64,000 bases of DNA from contig CAZMIO010000001.1 of the NCBI GenBank assembly GCA_964566535.1, forward strand, positions 62,001 through 126,000, read 5' to 3'. Origin of the DNA: an uncultured Methanosarcinales archaeon (GTDB taxonomy: Archaea; Nanobdellota; Nanobdellia; Woesearchaeales; CAZOXR01). Shown one piece after another: positions 39,721 to 49,628 of this stretch (the stretch's first letter is position 1; each line of letters opens with the position of its first letter). A program made the translations under genes and the position numbers. The notes under the pieces are model-generated. The model was not told the DNA's origin. It did no database searches and was given only the letters and a program-made list of their open reading frames with translations.

Positions 39721-40464
39721 ATGAATATTGCAATAATCGGATACGGAAAAATGGGACAGATAGTCGAGAGAATAGCTAAAGATAGGGGTATTAATGTAAA
39801 ATCAATAATTGATCCTCACTCTTCGGATGCTGATTTTAGTGATATTAATGAAGAGTCATTAGAAGGTGTTGATGTTTGTATTGAGTTTTCTTTGCCTGAA
39901 GCTGCTTTGAGCAATGTTAAGAAGATAGCTGCTTTGAAGAAGAATCTAGTTTTGGCTACAACTGGATGGTACGATAAGCTGGATGAAGTTAAGAAGATAG
40001 TTAAGAAAGCAGGAATTGGTTTTATGTATGCTTCAAATTTTTCAATTGGTGTTAATGCTTTTTTTAGAATTGTTGCTGAAGCTGCTAAGGTTATGAATAA
40101 GATTGAAGAGTATGATGTTATGGGTTATGAGATGCACCATAACAGAAAGAAAGACAGTCCATCTGGAACTGCTAAGTCCATTTCTGAGATTTTGTTAGAA
40201 AATATTAAGAGGAAGGATAAAGTAGTTGAGGATAAGCTAGATAGGAAGATTGAAGATAATGAATTACACTTTGCAAGTGTTCGAGGGGGAGATATTCCTG
40301 GAACGCATTCTGTTATGTTTGATTCTTCAGCAGATACAATTGAACTGAAGCATACTGCAAGAACAAGAGATGGTTTTGCACTTGGTTCTGTTATGGCTGC
40401 TGAATGGTTGAGCGGAAAAAAAGGTTTTTTTAGTATAGGTGATATGATGAAGGAAATAATTTGA
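39721..40464 (+). CDS. dapB: 4-hydroxy-tetrahydrodipicolinate reductase
   Basis: GYGKMG, ATTG, ASNFSIG, EMHHNRKKDSPSGTA, R.GFALG. Confidence 0.95.
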   Translation: MNIAIIGYGKMGQIVERIAKDRGINVKSIIDPHSSDADFSDINEESLEGVDVCIEFSLPEAALSNVKKIAALKKNLVLATTGWYDKLDEVKKIVKKAGIGFMYASNFSIGVNAFFRIVAEAAKVMNKIEEYDVMGYEMHHNRKKDSPSGTAKSISEILLENIKRKDKVVEDKLDRKIEDNELHFASVRGGDIPGTHSVMFDSSADTIELKHTARTRDGFALGSVMAAEWLSGKKGFFSIGDMMKEII

Positions 40465-40474
40465 GGAGGCGAAA

Positions 40475-41074
40475 ATGGCTGAAACAAAAAAAACTGTTGC
40501 TAAAAAACCAGAGAAAATTTGTAGTAATTGTAGGACTAAACTAACTGGTGAATCAAAAAGAGTTGTGACAAAAGAAGGCGGAATTGCAGAGTTGTGCTTT
40601 AAGTGTCATGAGGGTATTGAGAAGGCATTGCACATGGAATCAAAAGATGTTAACTTTCCATTAGCTTTAGGATTAGGATTGATAGCTGGAATAATTGGAG
40701 CTTTTATTTGGTATGGTATTGTCGTACTGACACAATGGCAGTTTGGATTAATTGCTTTAGTTATTGGATATTTAGTAGGATTTGGAGTAATGATTGGAGC
40801 TGGCAGGAGAAGATCTGTTAGTCTGCAAATTATGAGTGGGGTAATTGCTTTAGGCTCTATCCTATTTGGAGAAGTTTTGATAACTAGTCATTTTGTTTTA
40901 CAAGCAATGGCTGAACAAGGAATGAAATTAGGTTTTTTTGATCTTGATTTAGGAAAGGTTATTGGTTTGACATTTGAACTATTAGGAGAAGACCCCCTAA
41001 CATTATTGTTTTGGGGAATTGCGGTTTGGGTTGCATTTGGAATTCCTAAGCCTGCTAAATTGAGGACTGTGTGA
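40475..41074 (+). CDS. Membrane protein with N-terminal Zn-finger
   Basis: CSNC...CFKC followed by ~4 TM helices; GGAGG SD. Confidence 0.7.
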   Translation: MAETKKTVAKKPEKICSNCRTKLTGESKRVVTKEGGIAELCFKCHEGIEKALHMESKDVNFPLALGLGLIAGIIGAFIWYGIVVLTQWQFGLIALVIGYLVGFGVMIGAGRRRSVSLQIMSGVIALGSILFGEVLITSHFVLQAMAEQGMKLGFFDLDLGKVIGLTFELLGEDPLTLLFWGIAVWVAFGIPKPAKLRTV

Positions 41075-41080
41075 GGTGAA

Positions 41081-41965
41081 ATGAAAATGTTTAAAGGAGT
41101 TTATACGGCAATAGTAACACCATTTAATGATGATGAGTCTGTTGATTACGAGACGTTTAATAAGTTAATAGACTTTAATATTGATAATGGTGTTACTGGT
41201 ATAGTGCCTTGCGGTACTACAGGTGAGAGTCCTACTTTGAGTCATGATGAGCATGACAAAGTAATTGAGGCGACTGTTAAGCATGTTGACGGTAGAGTTC
41301 CAGTAATTGCTGGTACTGGTAGTAATTGTACTAAGGAGGCTATAAGGTCTACTCAGCATGCTGAACAGGTTGGTGCAGATGCTTGTTTGTTGGTGAATCC
41401 TTATTACAATAAGCCAACGCAGGAAGGACTTTATAGGCACTTTAAGGCAATTGCAGATTCTGTTAAGTTTCCTTGTATTGTTTACAATATTAAGGGTAGG
41501 ACTGCTATTAATGTTGAGACTTCTACTTTGATTCGGTTAGCTAAGGATTGTAAGAATATTACTGCTGTTAAGGAGGCTTCTGGTGATCTTGAGCAGATGA
41601 AAGAAGTAATTAAGCAGAGGCCAGATGGTTTTTCAGTTCTATCTGGAGATGATAATATGACTCTGGATTTGATTAAATCTGGTGGGGATGGAGTTATATC
41701 AGTTGCTTCTAACTTAGTTCCTGATAGGATGTCGAAAATGGTTAATGCTGCTTTGGATGGAGATATGCCTGCTGCTGAGGATTTGAATAAGGAGTTAGCT
41801 CCTCTTTTTGAGGCTATCTTTATTGAGACTAATCCAATTCCTGTAAAGGCTGCTCTTGCTATGAAGGGAATGCTTAAAGAAGTTTATAGGCTGCCTATTT
41901 GTGAGCTAATGCCAGAGAGTAGGGAAGAATTGACGAAGGTTTTGAAAGAGTTGAAGGTATTGTGA
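41081..41965 (+). CDS. dapA: 4-hydroxy-tetrahydrodipicolinate synthase
   Basis: TAIVTPF, GTTGESPTL, PYYNKP, KEASG, SGDD, ETNPIPVK. Confidence 0.97.
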   Translation: MKMFKGVYTAIVTPFNDDESVDYETFNKLIDFNIDNGVTGIVPCGTTGESPTLSHDEHDKVIEATVKHVDGRVPVIAGTGSNCTKEAIRSTQHAEQVGADACLLVNPYYNKPTQEGLYRHFKAIADSVKFPCIVYNIKGRTAINVETSTLIRLAKDCKNITAVKEASGDLEQMKEVIKQRPDGFSVLSGDDNMTLDLIKSGGDGVISVASNLVPDRMSKMVNAALDGDMPAAEDLNKELAPLFEAIFIETNPIPVKAALAMKGMLKEVYRLPICELMPESREELTKVLKELKVL

Positions 41966-41969
41966 GGTA

Positions 41970-42575
41970 ATGAAAATGGTTCAAAATAGAACTGCTGTAG
42001 AGATTTTAAGAAGGGTTTTGAGAGATGAGAGACTTGAAGAGATTATTTCTTTTAGTGAAGATGGTGATGTTGTCCAAGAGGAAGATAGAAAATTATTAGA
42101 TGAAATAGATAGGAACTTTAGGAAAGTTATAGCTCCTGATGATATTGAGGCTATAACTGAGTTAGCACTTGGAGGATATGATAGGTCAGATGTTTATCAA
42201 GGTGAACAAACTGAGGGCCTTTGGTTTTTAGGTTTTGATTCAGTATTAGAGGGTCCGGGAAAAGATTCCGAAAGATTTGCATATTTTGGTCCTCGAACTC
42301 GTCGTTCCAGCTTAGAATACCCGTATTCGACTATAACTTCAAGAAAATGTGATACTTTATTAACTGTTGGACAAGATTTACCCCATGTGTTTAGCGGAGA
42401 TGATGGTGTGTACAAGGCAATCTTATGGAGTATAAGGGAAGATTCTGATGGATATGTTCTGATTAAGTTTCATTCAACTCCAGATATTTTTGAAGATAAA
42501 ACGGTAAGGATAACTTATGAAACTAATAATCTGGATTATGCAAAAACTCATCAGCATTGGTTTAATGGAGTTTAG
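41970..42575 (+). CDS. Hypothetical protein
   Basis: 201-aa acidic ORF directly after dapA, GAGGT SD. Confidence 0.55.
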   Translation: MKMVQNRTAVEILRRVLRDERLEEIISFSEDGDVVQEEDRKLLDEIDRNFRKVIAPDDIEAITELALGGYDRSDVYQGEQTEGLWFLGFDSVLEGPGKDSERFAYFGPRTRRSSLEYPYSTITSRKCDTLLTVGQDLPHVFSGDDGVYKAILWSIREDSDGYVLIKFHSTPDIFEDKTVRITYETNNLDYAKTHQHWFNGV

Positions 42576-42586
42576 TTAAAGATTGT

Positions 42587-43783
42587 TTAGTTAACTTCAA
42601 GTTTTCCGATTTTTGTAACAACTATTAAACTAATTGTAACAACCCTATCATAATGACTATCATTATCAGAATTATATCTTCTAAAAACTAATCCAAATTT
42701 CAGATTACCCTTTGTGGAGATGCCACAAAAAACTTCATTCAAATTCATTGAGAAATTTTGATCAAATTGAGAATGCTTTCCCCCACCACGTAATTGTTGA
42801 AATAAATGAAGTCCACTATTTCTTGGTGCAATAAACGTATAAATATCATTAGAATAATGATGTTGTCTGTTAATATAAAACATACCGGGTTTTGGTCCAT
42901 TCTCATCAGATTCACGAACTTGTTCAACAACATTAGCTTTAATTTCGTAATCTGGTGCCAATTTAGATCTTAAAAAATTCTCTAATCTTTGTCCAGCTAA
43001 TAATATCTTTCCATTATATAAATCCATAACGCATTGGTTCCAAACTTCCTCATTAAAAAAATCATGGTATCTTAGAAATTCATCAACTTTTTCTTCGATA
43101 AATTCTTTATTTTTTAATGCTTCAATTAAGTCAGGTTCTTTTGGTTCTTTAGGAAAACCTTGAAATCCATCATATTTTGCACATAATTCTGCATATCTTT
43201 TCAAATAATTTTTAATAAAATCTAGTCTCACATTCTCAGTAACGTATGGAGTATCTGCCATCCGTGCAACTGCTATTGCTTGTGGTGTTAAAAACGCTAT
43301 TGCTAAAAAGATTAAGGGAATATCGTTTATGAAACTGGTTGGTCTTACTGTATTGAGAATTGACTGTATATGGTGGCTGAAAATTCTTTTGACTTTGTGT
43401 TTAATGGGGCTTATGATTTTTTGATCTATTTTGTATCTAATGATAAGGGCCATAATCCTACTTCTTATCGATCTCTCATACCTTCTGATCTCTTTAGGAT
43501 CACCTCCTTTTAATGCCTGAAGATAGGATTTGCCAAACCAATGTTTTTTGAAAAGCATATCATAAATTTCTTTGTAGATCTCCTGCATGGGAACTTCATC
43601 TGGTGAGAATCCTTCGCCCCTGATCCTGGATTTGTCTAATATCTCCTTTAGTTCTTCCATGTCTTCTATTTTAGAATTAATGTCTCTTCTTTTGCTTTTA
43701 TCTCCGTGTTCTCCCCTGTACTTTTGTAGGCTATATTCTAGAAAACGATTGTATCTTTTTAGTATTTCAGCTCTATTTCGCAT
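42587..43783 (-). CDS. Hypothetical protein with a central hydrophobic helix
   Basis: 398-aa ORF; no family recognised. Confidence 0.6.
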   Translation of the reverse strand: MRNRAEILKRYNRFLEYSLQKYRGEHGDKSKRRDINSKIEDMEELKEILDKSRIRGEGFSPDEVPMQEIYKEIYDMLFKKHWFGKSYLQALKGGDPKEIRRYERSIRSRIMALIIRYKIDQKIISPIKHKVKRIFSHHIQSILNTVRPTSFINDIPLIFLAIAFLTPQAIAVARMADTPYVTENVRLDFIKNYLKRYAELCAKYDGFQGFPKEPKEPDLIEALKNKEFIEEKVDEFLRYHDFFNEEVWNQCVMDLYNGKILLAGQRLENFLRSKLAPDYEIKANVVEQVRESDENGPKPGMFYINRQHHYSNDIYTFIAPRNSGLHLFQQLRGGGKHSQFDQNFSMNLNEVFCGISTKGNLKFGLVFRRYNSDNDSHYDRVVTISLIVVTKIGKLEVN

Positions 43784-43832
43784 AGATCTAACTTGGGTTT
43801 AACTATTTTAAATAACTTTTGTTAAGAATGAA

Positions 43833-45098
43833 TTAAATATTCTTTAATTTATTAAAATCTAGGGTTGAGAAATAATCTTCAACTGTTTCTGCTCTTCTTA
43901 TTTCTATTACTTCTCCGTTAGGTCTTAGTAGAAGTTCTGAGCTTCTTAACTTTCCGTTGTAGTTGAAGCCCATTGCATGTCCATGTGCTCCTGTATCATG
44001 GATTACTAGAATATCGTTTGTGTCTATCTTTGGTAGCTTTCTGTCTATTGCGAACTTGTCGTTGTTTTCGCACAATGAGCCTGTTACGTCGTAGGTGTTG
44101 TTTGATGGTTTGGTCTCTTTTCCTAGGACAGTTATGTGGTGATATGCTCCGTATAACGCTGGTCTCATTAAGTTAGCCATGCATGCGTCTGTTCCTACAT
44201 AATCTTTGTAAGTATGCTTTAGATGTCTTACTTTAGTTACTAAGAAACCAAAAGGTCCTGTTATCATTCTACCTGACTCCATTACAATTCTTACTTCTGG
44301 TAAGTTGTTAGCTTCTATTGTTTCTTCATAGGCTTTTTTTATTCCTTGCGAAACTTGGTTTAAATCAATTGCTTTATCGTCTAGTTTGTATGGAATTCCG
44401 TATCCACCGCCTAAGTTGATGAATTCTATGTTGATGTCTAGTTTCTTTTTTATTTCTACGACTAATTCAAATAGCATTCTTGCTGTGTCTATGTGGTAGT
44501 CTGGGTTTAGTTCGTTAGAAGCTACCATTGTATGAAGCCCAAATCTTTTTACTCCTTTTTCTTTTAGGAGTTTGTAGCCTTCTAGGAGTTGTTTTTTTGT
44601 GAATCCGTATTTTGCTTCTTCTGGTTCTCCAATTATTGCGTTTCCTCCCTTTAATGGGCCTGGATTGTATCTGAAGCAGATTAAGTCTGGTAGATTTCCG
44701 TTTAGAGCTTTTTCTAGGTATTCTATGTGAGAGATATCATCTAGGTTGATTACTGCTCCTAGTTGTTTTGCTTTTACGAATTCTTCTGCAGGAGTATCGT
44801 TTGATGTGAACATGATGTCTTCTCCTTTGATACCTGCTTTTTCTGATAAGAGAAGTTCTGGTAGGGATGAACAATCAGTTCCCATCCCTTCTTCTTTTAG
44901 TATCTTTAGTATGAATGGGTTTGGACATGCCTTTACAGCGAAATGGTTTTTGAAGTTAGGTATCCAAGAGAAAGCTTTGTATAATTGTTTAGCATTATCT
45001 CTAATTGCCTTTTCATCATAGATGTGAAAAGGTGTTTTATTAGATTCTATTATTTTTTTTATTTTTGCTAGGTTAAATGGTAGCGTTTTCTTTGTCAT
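43833..45098 (-). CDS. lysA: Diaminopimelate decarboxylase
   Basis: FAVKAC, EEAKYG, INLGGG, ESGR, MRPALYGAYH, GSLCENND, MGFNYN. Confidence 0.94.
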   Translation of the reverse strand: MTKKTLPFNLAKIKKIIESNKTPFHIYDEKAIRDNAKQLYKAFSWIPNFKNHFAVKACPNPFILKILKEEGMGTDCSSLPELLLSEKAGIKGEDIMFTSNDTPAEEFVKAKQLGAVINLDDISHIEYLEKALNGNLPDLICFRYNPGPLKGGNAIIGEPEEAKYGFTKKQLLEGYKLLKEKGVKRFGLHTMVASNELNPDYHIDTARMLFELVVEIKKKLDINIEFINLGGGYGIPYKLDDKAIDLNQVSQGIKKAYEETIEANNLPEVRIVMESGRMITGPFGFLVTKVRHLKHTYKDYVGTDACMANLMRPALYGAYHHITVLGKETKPSNNTYDVTGSLCENNDKFAIDRKLPKIDTNDILVIHDTGAHGHAMGFNYNGKLRSSELLLRPNGEVIEIRRAETVEDYFSTLDFNKLKNI

Positions 45099-45122
45099 GG
45101 TGGTTTAGATAAAGAAGTAGTA

Positions 45123-45150
45123 TTTTAAAGTTTGTGTTTGTATGGTAACA
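45123..45150 (+). repeat. 28-bp direct repeat, copy 1 (includes the lysA TATA box)
   Basis: TTTTAAAGTTTGTGTTTGTATGGTAACA; 27/28 identical to 46702-46729. Confidence 0.85.
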
Positions 45151-45155
45151 GTTGT

Positions 45156-45274
45156 GTCAAAAACCACCCATCACAGATGAGTGGCATGACTGTAGCATAG
45201 CTAACATCATTTAGGTGGTTTTTGAGCATGCTCAGAATTCCACTCTAACCACTAATCACAGATTGGTGGAATTC
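45156..45274. mobile_element. Short twin-hairpin element resembling a non-autonomous IS200/IS605 derivative
   Basis: Hairpins CCACCCATC-ACA-GATGAGTGG (45164-45184) and CCACTAATC-ACA-GATTGGTGG (45249-45269); begins GTCAA; no ORF. Confidence 0.5.
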
Positions 45275-45335
45275 AAACATTTAAAAAATTGTTATTTTAG
45301 AATACCCTGCTCTACAAAAGTATGTTTAATATAAT

Positions 45336-46514
45336 TCACTGAACTCTTACTCTTATCGCCATATCCAACTCTACACTAAAATCATCAAAACCACAACCTA
45401 CATCCCTAAAATGATCTCCATTGCTAGGTTGATTACCTGCCTTAGCTTGTCCCCTATGCCAAACAGCATTTCCTCTATCTATTGTACGAGTTACAGGATC
45501 AGCACCTATATCTAATTTTTTTGCTAATGCTTCTAGAGGGACTAGTCCAAAAGGAATATCTTCAACAAGCCTTCTATCACCGTATAAATCATCAACACGG
45601 ATTGTTTTTTTGCCATATGTATTAAACAACATTTCTTCTACTTCCATATCTCCATCGTTATTTTCATCAACCCTCATAAGCCAAGTTTTTAAATCACTCA
45701 ATTTATGACCCAATTTTTCAGCAATCTGCCGCCTTACCTCATAAATCTCTTCCATCCTCTCTGCAGCAAACCCGCTTAAGGCACCATATACACTTAATTC
45801 TATCCCTCCTTCTGTTGAGCCTCCAGATATCCTTCGAACAACCTGGTCATTAGCGAGGCAATTAACAACATTCTCATTTGCTATTACACTTACAGCATTA
45901 ATCGTTGAATCATTATTCTGCAAAGCTACACAAAATGGGCTTACCCCATCGACAAAAGAGCCCTCTCCAAATAGTTCATTCAACATTCTAACAATCTCCT
46001 CATTATCATCTTCTCGTAATCCAGCATATCCCAAAGCCCTCTTTTTATTCATTATCCTAACACCATACGTAGCACCATCTAAGTCATCTGCCTCAGGCTG
46101 TTTAGCATAAAAGATGGAGGATGATACTTCGCCAATCCTATAATCTCCTTCAACGCCCTTTCTAAGGAGGTAAGATGAAGCAAATTTTCCTGGGAAAAGT
46201 ATGATAGGAACATCTTCACTTAAATAGGTGCTAAAATTCCCACCGACAGTTCCATGTGCTTGAGCAGATAATGCCAATAGTACTAATTCTGCATCTTCCA
46301 TAGCACATTCAAGATCGGGAGTAACCCTAACCTCAATTATATCCCTTTTTTCATCTTTTGGAGGCTCAACAGAATCAGCGTAATCAACCATAATCCTCTC
46401 AGCATCACAAGCATGCTTACCTCTCCCAGTTAGAACAATGTCATGTCCAGCTTGTGTAAGGTAACTTGCAGTAGCAAGACCCACATTCCCCATACCATAA
46501 ACACATATTTTCAT
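45336..46514 (-). CDS. NAD/NADP octopine/nopaline (opine) dehydrogenase family protein
   Basis: MKICVYGMGNVG Rossmann motif; RRLVEDIPFGLVPLEALA C-terminal family motif. Confidence 0.8.
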   Translation of the reverse strand: MKICVYGMGNVGLATASYLTQAGHDIVLTGRGKHACDAERIMVDYADSVEPPKDEKRDIIEVRVTPDLECAMEDAELVLLALSAQAHGTVGGNFSTYLSEDVPIILFPGKFASSYLLRKGVEGDYRIGEVSSSIFYAKQPEADDLDGATYGVRIMNKKRALGYAGLREDDNEEIVRMLNELFGEGSFVDGVSPFCVALQNNDSTINAVSVIANENVVNCLANDQVVRRISGGSTEGGIELSVYGALSGFAAERMEEIYEVRRQIAEKLGHKLSDLKTWLMRVDENNDGDMEVEEMLFNTYGKKTIRVDDLYGDRRLVEDIPFGLVPLEALAKKLDIGADPVTRTIDRGNAVWHRGQAKAGNQPSNGDHFRDVGCGFDDFSVELDMAIRVRVQ

Positions 46515-46701
46515 TTTTCTGATGACAATATTTACATACTGCAAATTCTGATTTAGTCAGAGGATAATGATATCACATTTAAAATCTTGCTCTCATCAGG
46601 CAAAGTCAACTAGTGTAGTCCAGACGAGGCTAAAACTGATGGGGATGTTTTCTTACGTGCTTTTATGAAAACTTATAAATATTGTAGGAGTAACATTGAA
46701 T

Positions 46702-46729
46702 TTTTAAACTTTGTGTTTGTATGGTAACA
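46702..46729 (+). repeat. 28-bp direct repeat, copy 2
   Basis: TTTTAAACTTTGTGTTTGTATGGTAACA. Confidence 0.85.
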
Positions 46730-46787
46730 AAAATAGTAATTGTAGAAAACAATAATTTAATAAAGTTACATAAACCTGATTCTACAC

Positions 46788-47543
46788 ATGAAACAAGGAT
46801 TTTGGACAGTTGTTAAGGAGATTGTAAAGAAGGCTGATGTGGTAATTGAGGTTCTTGATGCACGGATGCCCCATTTGACTAGGATTAGGAATATTGAACG
46901 GTATACTTTTGAGAGTAATACTCCTTTAATTTTAGCTATAAATAAAGCCGATATTGTTTCTGATGAGACTGTTTCTAAACTTAAAGATGAGTTTCATAGT
47001 GAGAATTTTGTTTTAATTTCTGCTAAAACTGGACTTCATATCTTAGATTTGGTTAAGAGGATAAAAACTACTGTTAAAAGTAAAGAGATTAAGGTAGCAA
47101 TAATTGGTTACCCTAATACTGGTAAGAGTTCATTGATAAATAGATTCTCTAAAGGTGGGAAGGCAAGAACGTCTTCTGAGTCTGGATTTACCAGAGGATT
47201 ACAGCTGATAAATGGTAGGTCTGGGTTTCTTCTGTTTGATACTCCTGGAGTTGTACCTTACGCTGACAGAGATGAGGTTAGATTAGGTTTAATGTCTGGG
47301 ATAAGTCCGCATAAGTTAAAAAATCCAGATGTTGTTGCTACTGAATTGATTAAGCTCTTTAAGGATAAGAATCCTAAGGCATTTTCTTCAGTTTTTGATG
47401 TTAATATGGATGTTGATCCTTATGATATTTTAGAAGAAGTTGGTGAGAAGAAGAAACTTTTGATTAAGGGTGGGGAAGTTGATGAACGAAGAGCGGCGAT
47501 AATGGTTTTAGAGTTTTGGCATAAGGGGAAGTTGAGGTTGTGA
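46788..47543 (+). CDS. Circularly permuted ribosome-biogenesis GTPase (RbgA/YlqF family)
   Basis: EVLDAR, NKAD (G4) precedes GYPNTGKS (G1) and DTPG (G3). Confidence 0.93.
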   Translation: MKQGFWTVVKEIVKKADVVIEVLDARMPHLTRIRNIERYTFESNTPLILAINKADIVSDETVSKLKDEFHSENFVLISAKTGLHILDLVKRIKTTVKSKEIKVAIIGYPNTGKSSLINRFSKGGKARTSSESGFTRGLQLINGRSGFLLFDTPGVVPYADRDEVRLGLMSGISPHKLKNPDVVATELIKLFKDKNPKAFSSVFDVNMDVDPYDILEEVGEKKKLLIKGGEVDERRAAIMVLEFWHKGKLRL

Positions 47544-47552
47544 TTATATGTT

Positions 47553-48431
47553 TCAACTATAACATGTGGCAATTAAATATTTATTTTTTATTGCAGATTT
47601 CGTAATTTTAATCATAGTATCTAATAGTTGGTTATATTCTTTTGGATTAAAGTTTCCAATAGAGAACTTTTCTTCAATAACAGTTTCATTGATGGGGTTC
47701 TCTTCCTTATCTAATCCTTTAAACATCTTGAATTTACCTGATTTTAATAATTTAATCTGAGGTTCTGATAATACTGATTTAACATACTCTTCTGAATTAA
47801 AGAGGTTAGAATATTCAGATATAAGTTCCATCAGGGACATCTTATTATACTTTTCTTTTGAAGGTCTCCATGAGTCCTTGTGCTTGTAATATTCCAATCC
47901 TAATTCTTTTTGAAGATGTTCCCTTATGTCAATTGCCTGATTGTAGAGGTATTCCCTCAACTTTTTAGTATCGCTTTCTTGAATTTTTAGGATTGACATA
48001 TGATTAAGCTTTACTCTTAAGGGATTTTTGTAGACAACAACTTCATGGTCCCTTATGTGGCCATGAATTCCGTCCTTATCTGTTTTGACACCATCTTGAT
48101 ATAATTGGCTTACTTTTTTAGAAAATAATTTCAGATTTTTGTTGACGAACTTTTTTACAGTTTCTAATGTTTTTAAAACTGCTTTAGGCTTAAATGTAAT
48201 GTCTTTATTTTTATCGTCCTCATCGTAAGAAGTATTGTCAGCCTTATCAAAAAAATCAAAATCTACTCTGCCTTTTAAATGTTCTCTAATAATTTTACCG
48301 TCCTCATAATTGTCAGAAAAAATTTCTGAGAAATGGTAAGCCCTTCTGTCGATGCGAGTGTCCTCTTCGTATACCCGTTTTATTCCAGTTTTAGTCTTTT
48401 CGACAGCACAGAATTCAAAGTCAACTCCCAT
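47553..48431 (-). CDS. Hypothetical protein
   Basis: 292-aa ORF with TATA box upstream. Confidence 0.6.
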   Translation of the reverse strand: MGVDFEFCAVEKTKTGIKRVYEEDTRIDRRAYHFSEIFSDNYEDGKIIREHLKGRVDFDFFDKADNTSYDEDDKNKDITFKPKAVLKTLETVKKFVNKNLKLFSKKVSQLYQDGVKTDKDGIHGHIRDHEVVVYKNPLRVKLNHMSILKIQESDTKKLREYLYNQAIDIREHLQKELGLEYYKHKDSWRPSKEKYNKMSLMELISEYSNLFNSEEYVKSVLSEPQIKLLKSGKFKMFKGLDKEENPINETVIEEKFSIGNFNPKEYNQLLDTMIKITKSAIKNKYLIATCYS

Positions 48432-48512
48432 TTACATCAATTTAGAATTAGTTTATTTAAAATTAACTGATTTTATCAATTATTCAATGATGGCCAAAAA
48501 CCTAGTAATAAT

Positions 48513-49565
48513 TTAATTGCCTTTTTTTAGTCTTTTAATTGCGTCATCGATTTCATTATTAGGCTTATTTCCTAATGCTTTTTGGACAAGATCAATGGAA
48601 TTATCTTCTTTTTGTTTTGGTTCTTCTTTTGGTTGTTGAGTTATTCCACTTGTTTTGTCTTTGATCTTTTCTGAAATTGCTTTAATGTCGGGTTTTGGTT
48701 CTAGCGCTTTACCTAATACATCAATGCCGTCTTCTGCCCATCTTGGAAGAATGTGGATTGATAATATTCCCTCTTCGTTATCTGTTGCTTCTCCGCTTTT
48801 TAGTATTATATTTGAACCTTGCGCACCTAGACCCTCGAAAACGGCAGTTGCAGCAAAGGATGCAACGTAAAATAAGTGTGAAGAAGATGCTTCATTAAGG
48901 TTTTCAATTAATGAGTGTTCTTCTTGTGAAAAAATGATAAGATGGCCTTTTGATAATGGATTATTTGGTGCAACTACGATTGATTTTTCATCTTCATAGA
49001 TTAATTGGGATTCAGCCTTTATGCTTGCTAGGTGGGGTGCTTCTGGGATATTTCCGTTATGCCAGGCAGCAGGATTTCTATTGAAATGGTTACCGAGCAT
49101 TATAGGGATATTTTTAGAAAGCATATCATAAGTTTGTTTTAGTTCTTCTTTTGGAAGCTCTTGGTCACTGTTAAACCAAAATTTAGAAAATGAATCATCA
49201 CTTCCTCTTGGTAATATGTGCATTAAGAAGTGAGGTGCTTGTTGTCCAGCTGCTCCTCCGTTTGCAATAAAAACATTTATTCCAGTTCTGACCATAGCAG
49301 TTTTTATTGAATTTGAAAGCCTAGGTATTAATCCAAACATATGTTTGAATGTTTCTGGGGGAATGTAGGGCATTATTGGATAGTGTTCTTTTGGCATAAA
49401 CAGTACATGACCTTCAACCCAAGGATTTATGTCAGTAGTTGCAATTGTAAGACTATCTTCAAAGACAATATTGCTTTCTGTCTCTTTGGAGATGATTTTA
49501 CAAAAAACGCATTGTTTCTTTTGTTCATCTAATTGTGCCCTTACTTCAGGTGTTATTTCTACCAT
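48513..49565 (-). CDS. Tandem HIT-domain protein
   Basis: CVFCKI, DINP..GH...PKEH, GQQAPHFLMHILPR; second domain IYED...GH...IHILPR. Confidence 0.85.
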   Translation of the reverse strand: MVEITPEVRAQLDEQKKQCVFCKIISKETESNIVFEDSLTIATTDINPWVEGHVLFMPKEHYPIMPYIPPETFKHMFGLIPRLSNSIKTAMVRTGINVFIANGGAAGQQAPHFLMHILPRGSDDSFSKFWFNSDQELPKEELKQTYDMLSKNIPIMLGNHFNRNPAAWHNGNIPEAPHLASIKAESQLIYEDEKSIVVAPNNPLSKGHLIIFSQEEHSLIENLNEASSSHLFYVASFAATAVFEGLGAQGSNIILKSGEATDNEEGILSIHILPRWAEDGIDVLGKALEPKPDIKAISEKIKDKTSGITQQPKEEPKQKEDNSIDLVQKALGNKPNNEIDDAIKRLKKGN

Positions 49566-49628
49566 TGTATGTTGGAGTTTGGTTTAATTTATAAAAGTTG
49601 GTGAAAAAGGTTTATTGTGATTGACGGT

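Noticed and set aside
46585..46605. Hammerhead ribozyme core (CTGATGA on the minus strand)
   Set aside because: No stem II followed by GAAA, and no consistent stems I and III
46680..46700. Fluoride riboswitch-like ACTCCTAC on the minus strand
   Set aside because: The 5' GGCGATGGAG part is absent and the downstream gene is unrelated
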